Shown one piece after another: positions 6,682 to 12,424 of a DNA stretch of 12,424 nucleotides. The DNA comes from Gemmatimonadota bacterium (GTDB lineage Bacteria; Gemmatimonadota; Gemmatimonadetes; Gemmatimonadales; Gemmatimonadaceae). Both the position numbers and the translations under genes were made by a program. Numbering within the stretch: position 1 is the first letter of the stretch; each line of letters begins with the position of its first letter. The notes beneath the pieces were generated by a model. That model did no database searches. It was not told the origin of the DNA and saw only the letters and a list, made by a program, of their open reading frames with translations. Location: the NCBI GenBank assembly GCA_031372565.1, contig JANMLN010000109.1, positions 1 through 12,424 of the forward strand, given 5' to 3'.

Positions 6682-8256
6682 ATGCGCCGACTGTTCCTGC
6701 AGATCGTGTTTGCCGTGCTCGCTGTCGAGGCCATCGTCGGCTGGTTCTGGCATCCGTTTCTCTGGACGCTGATCGTCATCGCGCCGCTGATCGCGCTGGG
6801 CCTCGCGGACATGTCGCAGACCCGGCAGGCGGTCCGGCGCAACTTCCCCGTGATCGGACACGGCCGCTACCTGCTCGAGAGCATCCGCCCCGAGATCAAC
6901 CAGTACTTCGTCGAGTCGAACAACGACGGCCGCCCGTTCAGCCGCAACGACCGCTCCGTGGTGTACCAGCGCGCCAAGGGTGATCTCGACACGCTGCCAT
7001 TCGGCACGCAACGCGACGTCTACGCCAACGGATACGAGTGGATCAACCACTCGCTCGCGCCGAAGCATCCGGACCCCGCGTCCGCTCGAGTGCTCGTGGG
7101 CGGACCGCAGTGCACGCAGCCGTACTCGGCCTCGATCTTCAACGTCAGTGCGATGAGCTACGGCTCGTTGAGCAAGAACGCGATTCTCGCGCTCAACGGC
7201 GGCGCGAAGCTCGGCGGCTTCGCGCACAACACGGGCGAGGGTGGGCTGTCGCCGCACCATCTCGCGCCGGGTGGCGACATCATCTGGCAGATCGGCACCG
7301 GCTACTTCGGTGCGCGCGACACGCAGGGCAACTTCTCGATCGACGAGTTCACGAAGCGCGCCACGCTGCCCGCCGTGAAGATGATCGAGATCAAGCTGTC
7401 GCAAGGCGCCAAGCCCGGACACGGTGGCATCCTGCCGGCCGCGAAGCTCACCCCCGAGATCATCGCGATCCGCGGCGTCGAGCCCGGACGAGACGTGATC
7501 TCGCCCGCCGCCCACACCGCGTTCAGCACACCACGCGGGCTGCTCGAGTTCGTGCAGCAGCTGCGCGTGGCATCCGGCGGGAAGCCGGTGGGGTTCAAGC
7601 TGTGCATCGGCAAGCGGCGCGAGTTCCTGGCCATCGTCAAGGCGATGCTCGACACGGGGCTCATGCCCGATTTCATCACGGTCGACGGCGCCGAGGGCGG
7701 TACGGGTGCGGCACCGATCGAGTTCTCCGACTCCGTCGGTACGCCGCTCAACGACGCGCTGGCATTCGTGCACGGCGCGCTCGTGGGCGCAGGGGTCCGC
7801 GACCAGCTTCGCGTGATCGCCTCGGCCAAGGTCAACACCGGCTTCCAGATCGCGACCAAGGTGGCGTTGGGTGCCGACATGTGCAACGCGGCGCGTGCGA
7901 TGATGTTTGCGCTCGGGTGCATTCAGGCGCTGCGCTGCAACAGCAACATGTGTCCCACGGGCGTGGCCACGCAGGATCCGGAACTGGTGGCTGGCCTGCA
8001 CGTGGGCGACAAGACACAACGGGTGGCGCGCTATCACAAGGAGACGGTGCGGAGCTTCTTCGAAGTGCTCGGCGCCGCCGGATGCGAGCGGCCCTCTGAC
8101 CTCATGGCGTGGAACATCATGCGCCGGATCAGCCCGACGGAGATCCGCAACTACAGCGAGATCTACGCCCCCGTGGAGCCGGGCTCGCTGCTGGTCGCGG
8201 CACCTGCCGGCCCGCTCGCCCGCGCCTGGGCCTCCGCGCGACCCGATCGTTTCTAG
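6682..8256 (+). CDS. FMN-binding glutamate synthase family protein (stand-alone GltB FMN/[3Fe-4S] domain, membrane-anchored)
   Basis: GGAGA SD then ATG 6682, two N-terminal hydrophobic segments, RNFPVIGHGRY, SAMSYGSLS, HNTGEGG, EIKLSQGAKPGHGG, DFITVDGAEGGTGAAP and the Cys cluster GCIQALRCNSNMCPTGVATQD. The ORF-track extension from 6472 is repeat read-through. Confidence 0.94.
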   Translation: MRRLFLQIVFAVLAVEAIVGWFWHPFLWTLIVIAPLIALGLADMSQTRQAVRRNFPVIGHGRYLLESIRPEINQYFVESNNDGRPFSRNDRSVVYQRAKGDLDTLPFGTQRDVYANGYEWINHSLAPKHPDPASARVLVGGPQCTQPYSASIFNVSAMSYGSLSKNAILALNGGAKLGGFAHNTGEGGLSPHHLAPGGDIIWQIGTGYFGARDTQGNFSIDEFTKRATLPAVKMIEIKLSQGAKPGHGGILPAAKLTPEIIAIRGVEPGRDVISPAAHTAFSTPRGLLEFVQQLRVASGGKPVGFKLCIGKRREFLAIVKAMLDTGLMPDFITVDGAEGGTGAAPIEFSDSVGTPLNDALAFVHGALVGAGVRDQLRVIASAKVNTGFQIATKVALGADMCNAARAMMFALGCIQALRCNSNMCPTGVATQDPELVAGLHVGDKTQRVARYHKETVRSFFEVLGAAGCERPSDLMAWNIMRRISPTEIRNYSEIYAPVEPGSLLVAAPAGPLARAWASARPDRF

Positions 8257-8294
8257 CCACGCCACGTGCGCTGGTACGGCCCGCGCCGCCGCGA

Positions 8295-8323
8295 TTGACG
8301 AGCAGGAGCGTCGCGGGTACTCT
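8295..8323 (+). promoter_or_regulatory. Sigma70-type promoter TTGACG-N17-TACTCT
   Basis: -35 at 8295-8300 (5/6 match), exactly 17-bp spacer, -10 at 8318-8323 (TANNNT). It lies 40 nt upstream of the ATG at 8364, which has a GAGGAGG SD. Confidence 0.7.
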
Positions 8324-8363
8324 CCAACACGGCGCTCGGTGCGCCGTCCGTCTGAGGAGGCAC

Positions 8364-8828
8364 ATGGCGAAGCGCTGGAAGAAGGGACGCGGCAAGCTCG
8401 GCGCCTTCGATCCGCTCATCGGACACTGGCTCGCCGAGGCGCACTCGCCGATGGGACCGCTCCGCTGCACGCGCGTGTTCGAGCGCGTGCTGGGCAGCCA
8501 GTATGTGCGCCTCACCGCGCGGTGGGCGTTCGGCGGGGCGTCGGGCAAGGCATACGAGGAGGTGGCGCTCATCGGTGCCGGCGGCGGCGGCGCGGTGCGC
8601 TTCTGGTCGTTCACCAACGACGGCAAGCAATCCGAAGGGACGATCGCCGACGTCACCGATTTGCATCCCGAAGCGATCGGCTTCCACGCGGAAATGCCGG
8701 CTGGGTTGGCGCGCATGGCCTACTGGCCCGCGGATGACGGCGGCGTGATCTGGGTGGCGGAGGCGAAGACGAAGAAGGGATGGAGCCGCATGGCGCATCA
8801 TCACTATCACCGCTCCGAGGCACCGTGA
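8364..8828 (+). CDS. Hypothetical protein (154 aa), likely beta-barrel (DUF1579/lipocalin-like)
   Basis: Strong SD GAGGAGG and an upstream promoter. LGAFDPLIGHW followed by alternating beta-strand-like segments and FWSFTNDG. The family call is tentative. Confidence 0.8.
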   Translation: MAKRWKKGRGKLGAFDPLIGHWLAEAHSPMGPLRCTRVFERVLGSQYVRLTARWAFGGASGKAYEEVALIGAGGGGAVRFWSFTNDGKQSEGTIADVTDLHPEAIGFHAEMPAGLARMAYWPADDGGVIWVAEAKTKKGWSRMAHHHYHRSEAP

Positions 8829-8879
8829 CCGCACGCGTCGCCGTTGGCCGGTTGCTCCTCGCCGGTGATCGCGCGTTGT

Positions 8880-10436
8880 TCAGGCCGGATAGCCGGTAAT
8901 GGCGCGGATGCGGTGGTACAGCGGCGCGAGCCGCGCGTAGAGCGGCCGATACACCTCGCGGTACAGTGCGTCGTACGTGCGGACCGACGCAGGGTCCGGT
9001 TCGAAGCGGGCACCTTCGTGCGCCATGGCGCGCGCGGCCTCGCGCACCGACCCGTGCAACCCGAGTCCGGCGGCCGCGAGCATGGCGGCGCCAAGCGCGG
9101 AGGCGTCGTGCACCGACGGACGCGTCGCCGCGAGGTTGAAGACGTTCGCGGTCACCTGCATCGCGCCATCGCTCTGCGAGCCACCGCCCGAGATCACGAG
9201 GCGCGTGAGTCGTCGCCCGACCTTCCGTTCGATGTGCTCCCGCCCTGCGCGCAGGCCGTACGCGATCCCCTCGATGAGCGCGCGATACAAGTGCGCGCGG
9301 GTGTGCACCCCCCCGAACCCGATGATCGCGCCCTTGGCCTCGGGGCCGGGATCGCGCAGCCCCGGTGACCAGTACGGCTGCAGCATGAGCCCCATCGCCC
9401 CCGGAGGCACGGCGCGCAGGAGTTCATCGAACAACGCCTCAGGGGTCGTGCCGAGCGCGGCAGCGCGCGCCACCTCCGCGTCGCCGAACTCGCGGCGAAA
9501 CCAGCTCACGAGCCAGAAGCCGCGCTCGATCTGGATCTCGGTGTTGAAGGCGCCGGGCAATGCGGCGGGATACGCCGGGAGGAGTCGCTGCACTTCGAGG
9601 TAGCGCGCTTGCGTGGTGTTGATCGTGGCGGCCGTGCCGAACGAACAGTGCGCGACATCGGGATCGAGCGCGCCGCACCCGAGCACTTCGCACGCCTTGT
9701 CGGCCGCTGCGGCAATCAGGCGGAGGCCGCGCGGGAGTCCGAGCGCGCGTGCCGCAACGTCAGTCAGCGTGCCGAGGGGCTGCGCACCGCGCACCAGGCG
9801 CGGCAACTGGTCAAGCCGTACGGCGAGCGCCTGCCATCGCCAACTGCTCGGTGCCGCCCACTGCTGGGTGCGATACTCGAATGGCAGGTAGCCCACCTGA
9901 CACGCGGCGGCGTCGACCCATGCACCGACCAGCCGATGCGTGAGCCAGCCTGAGAGCAGCGACACGCGTTCGGTGCGCGCGTAGGTCGGGTCCTGCTGCG
10001 CGAGCCAGTTGACCTCGGCCTGCCGCTGCAGGTTGCGCACGAGGTCGCGCGCGCCCACAAGCCGGAAGCCGGCTGACCAGAGCGGACTGAGCGCCGGCAG
10101 CTCGGTGGCGAGGCGCTGGTCGGGCCAGACGATCGCGGGCCGAAGCGGCGTACCGTGCGCATCGCTGCAGATGATCGTGCCGCGCTGCGTGGTGAGCGCG
10201 ACGCCGGCGATGCGCGCGGGGTCGGCGTGGTGGTCGCTCCACAGCCGCGACACCGCCTCGACCAGCGCGCTCCAATACGCATCGGGGGTGAGTTCTGCCC
10301 ACCCGGGCTCGGGCGACGTGAACGCTGGCGTCAGCACCACCTGCGCGCGCGCCACGACTGCTCCCTGCACGTCGAACACGATGGCGCGCACGCTCTGCGT
10401 GCCGACGTCGATCGCGAGCACGAACGATGCGCTCAT
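8880..10436 (-). CDS. FGGY-family carbohydrate kinase
   Basis: FVLAIDVGTQSVRA (phosphate-1 motif), SPEPGWAE, ALTTQRGT, PAIVWPDQR, AAADKACEVLG, SFGT, HLYRALIEGIAY, ISGGGSQS and ASALGAAM. ATG at 10436 (alternative GTG at 10445). Confidence 0.94.
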   Translation of the reverse strand: MSASFVLAIDVGTQSVRAIVFDVQGAVVARAQVVLTPAFTSPEPGWAELTPDAYWSALVEAVSRLWSDHHADPARIAGVALTTQRGTIICSDAHGTPLRPAIVWPDQRLATELPALSPLWSAGFRLVGARDLVRNLQRQAEVNWLAQQDPTYARTERVSLLSGWLTHRLVGAWVDAAACQVGYLPFEYRTQQWAAPSSWRWQALAVRLDQLPRLVRGAQPLGTLTDVAARALGLPRGLRLIAAAADKACEVLGCGALDPDVAHCSFGTAATINTTQARYLEVQRLLPAYPAALPGAFNTEIQIERGFWLVSWFRREFGDAEVARAAALGTTPEALFDELLRAVPPGAMGLMLQPYWSPGLRDPGPEAKGAIIGFGGVHTRAHLYRALIEGIAYGLRAGREHIERKVGRRLTRLVISGGGSQSDGAMQVTANVFNLAATRPSVHDASALGAAMLAAAGLGLHGSVREAARAMAHEGARFEPDPASVRTYDALYREVYRPLYARLAPLYHRIRAITGYPA

Positions 10437-10568
10437 GACGCGCACCGTGCGTCGATCACGCTCTCGGGCGCGGCATCCGCGTTTGACCTGCCGCGAAGCG
10501 TGGAGAAACTCCGGCCAGACTGCACCGGGTCAAAGATACGCGCCGTGACGCGCGCCGCACCCGCGCGC

Positions 10569-11327
10569 TCAGGCCAGTCGCGCGCGCACCTTGGCCGCGT
10601 AGCGGCGGCTCATGGCGAACGGTTCGTCGTGTCCCTTGATGTGGATGCGGAAGCTCTGGTGGCTCCACACCTCCACCCGATCAACCGCATCGAGGTTGAT
10701 GACCGTCGATCGGTGGATCTGTACGAAGTGACGACCGGGCAGTCGCTGCGCCCACTCGCGCAGCGGCTTGCGGACGCGCACGCGACGACCGTCCCCGAGA
10801 ATGAGATCGGCATGGTCCCGGTCGGCGAGGACCGCGCGAATCAGGTGCACGGGCAGAAAGCCCATGGCGTCGTTCATGCGCAGGAAGAGACGATCGTTCA
10901 TCGAGAGGGGCATCAGCCCCCCGTCCTCATCCCCGTTCCCGTGTCCGTTGCGGGCGAGCGCCGACACCGGTGGCATCACCGCGAGGCGGGCGAGACTCAC
11001 GGCGAGTCCGGCGGGATCGACGGGCTTGAGGAGATAGTCGATCGCATTGGCCTGAAACGCCTGTGCCGCCTGCTCGCCGGAGGCCGCGATGACGATGACG
11101 CGCACCGAGGCATCAAGGTGCGGCATGAGGTCGAGTCCCATTTCGTCGCCGAGCTGCATCTCGAGGAATACCAGATTGGCACCCGTCGCGCGTACACGCT
11201 CGATGGCACCGGTAATGTCCGGCACCTCACCCACGACGGCGACCTGGGGGTGCGCCTCGAGCAGCGATCGCATGGCGCGGCGAGCGGTGCGATCACCATC
11301 GACGAGTACGGCTTGGAACGGCATCAT
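10569..11327 (-). CDS. LytTR-family response regulator with atypical (Asp-to-Glu) receiver domain
   Basis: Receiver-like N-terminus (AVLVDGD, NLVFLEMQLGDEMGLDL, AFQANAIDYLLKPVD) and a LytTR DNA-binding domain (FVQIHRSTVINLDAV, MSRRY). Start is uncertain (11327 or 11324; the ORF stays open to 11420). Confidence 0.9.
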   Translation of the reverse strand: MMPFQAVLVDGDRTARRAMRSLLEAHPQVAVVGEVPDITGAIERVRATGANLVFLEMQLGDEMGLDLMPHLDASVRVIVIAASGEQAAQAFQANAIDYLLKPVDPAGLAVSLARLAVMPPVSALARNGHGNGDEDGGLMPLSMNDRLFLRMNDAMGFLPVHLIRAVLADRDHADLILGDGRRVRVRKPLREWAQRLPGRHFVQIHRSTVINLDAVDRVEVWSHQSFRIHIKGHDEPFAMSRRYAAKVRARLA

Positions 11328-11676
11328 GCGAGGGCGCCCGCGGGGGCATGGGCGGCGCCAACAGCGCCGTATGTGGTCCGAGTCCTGTTTGCACCTCGCT
11401 GATCGCGCGGCGGCAAACACATGACGTTCACCTGTTTCACGTGCATCGTGACGCTGAAAATACGGATAGCCGGGCGCGCCGCATCACATCTGCGACCAAC
11501 GGTGTCATCGCCATACGGATGGTGCACTGGTACGACCGACGTATCAACGCCAGTCATGCCGGGCGGGCATGGCCGAGCGCGATCCCCCCGCGGCCCCGGT
11601 GCGGCGGCACCCGCCTCGGCGCGGTAGCTTGGACAGCTCCGCGCGCGCCTCGTTGACCAGTATCCGGATACCGCCC

Positions 11677-12424
11677 ATGCGTTCCTCACTCCGCTTCCTC
11701 ACACGGATCACGACGATGTCGCTGGTGTGCGTCGCGCTTGCTGCCGAGCTCGCGCGCGCGCAACGGAGCACCGCCGGTCCCATGGATGCCGACATCGCGC
11801 GCCGCATCGACGCGGTGTCCGCGCGTGTCGTCTCGTGGCGTCGCGACATCCACGAACACCCCGAGCTCTCCGGCGAGGAGGTACGCACCTCCAAGCTCGT
11901 CGCGGATCACCTGCGCGCGCTCGGCATCGACGTCAAGACCGGCGTGGGCGGGTACGGCGTCGTCGGCACGCTCAAGGGCGGCAAGCCGGGTCCCGTGGTC
12001 GCGCTCCGTGCCGACATGGACGGCCTGCCGGTTGAGGAGCAGGTCGACCTCCCCTTCAAGTCGAAGGTGCGTGGGACGTATCGTGGCGCGCCGGTGGGGG
12101 TCATGCACGCCTGCGGCCACGATAACCATGTCGCCATCCTGATGGGCGCAGCCGAGGTGCTCGCGGGGATGAAGGACAAGCTGCCCGGCACGGTCAAGTT
12201 CATTTTCCAGCCGGCCGAAGAGGGCTTGCCGAACGGTGACGGGGGTGCCGCGCCGATGCTGCGCGACGGCGCCTTCGACAACCCGACGGTCGATGCCGTC
12301 TTCGGGCTGCACGTCTTTCCCGGACCTTCAGGCGCGATCATCACCAAGTCGGGCCCGTGGCTCGCGGCGGCAAACAGTGCCACGATCATCGTGAAGGGGC
12401 GCCAGACACACGGTGCGCAGCCGT
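11677..12424 (+). CDS. M20D-family amidohydrolase with signal peptide (truncated by window end)
   Basis: Read manually, as it is absent from the ORF track: MRSSLRFLTRITTMSLVCVALAAELARA-Q..., then WRRDIHEHPELSGEE, VVALRADMDGLP, MHACGHDNH, FIFQPAEEG, FGLHV and KGRQTHGAQP. The frame is open to the end of the window. Confidence 0.94.
   Translation, partial: MRSSLRFLTRITTMSLVCVALAAELARAQRSTAGPMDADIARRIDAVSARVVSWRRDIHEHPELSGEEVRTSKLVADHLRALGIDVKTGVGGYGVVGTLKGGKPGPVVALRADMDGLPVEEQVDLPFKSKVRGTYRGAPVGVMHACGHDNHVAILMGAAEVLAGMKDKLPGTVKFIFQPAEEGLPNGDGGAAPMLRDGAFDNPTVDAVFGLHVFPGPSGAIITKSGPWLAAANSATIIVKGRQTHGAQP

Noticed and set aside
6658..8265. Long antisense ORF (535 aa) and similar shadows such as 4607-6013, 79-1056, 2148-3125, 3202-4236, 10155-11402 and 11686-12312
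   Set aside because: They lie opposite well-supported genes, are Arg/His/Ala-rich without motifs, and are expected from GC-rich codon bias.
11653..11658. TTGACC as the -35 for the amidohydrolase
   Set aside because: A 17-bp spacer would place the -10 on the start codon, and no TANNNT is found there.

Overview
GC-rich bacterial chromosomal window (gene content and style suggest Gemmatimonadota, which is inference only) with about 12 protein-coding genes. In order: SURF1-family protein (-); a small membrane protein with a C-terminal zinc ribbon overlapping an SPFH/prohibitin gene (+); LysR regulator (-); DUF72 protein (-); Lrp/AsnC regulator (-) divergent from ornithine aminotransferase rocD (+); a 149-aa hypothetical protein (+); a membrane-anchored FMN-binding glutamate-synthase-family protein (+); a small beta-barrel-like hypothetical protein (+); an FGGY sugar kinase (-); a LytTR regulator whose receiver has Glu at the phosphoacceptor position (-); and a secreted M20 amidohydrolase running off the right edge (+, missing from the ORF track). 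The main non-coding signal is a ~30-bp REP-like hairpin repeat (AGCAGGTCCTTCGCTTYGCTCAGGACGACA) present in 8 copies. Two copies form an inverted doublet at 43-125. The other six form two same-orientation tandem triplets (36-bp and 33-bp periods) bracketing the hypothetical gene 6001-6450, each preceded by four G-runs. No transposase, integrase, cas gene, tRNA or rRNA is visible.
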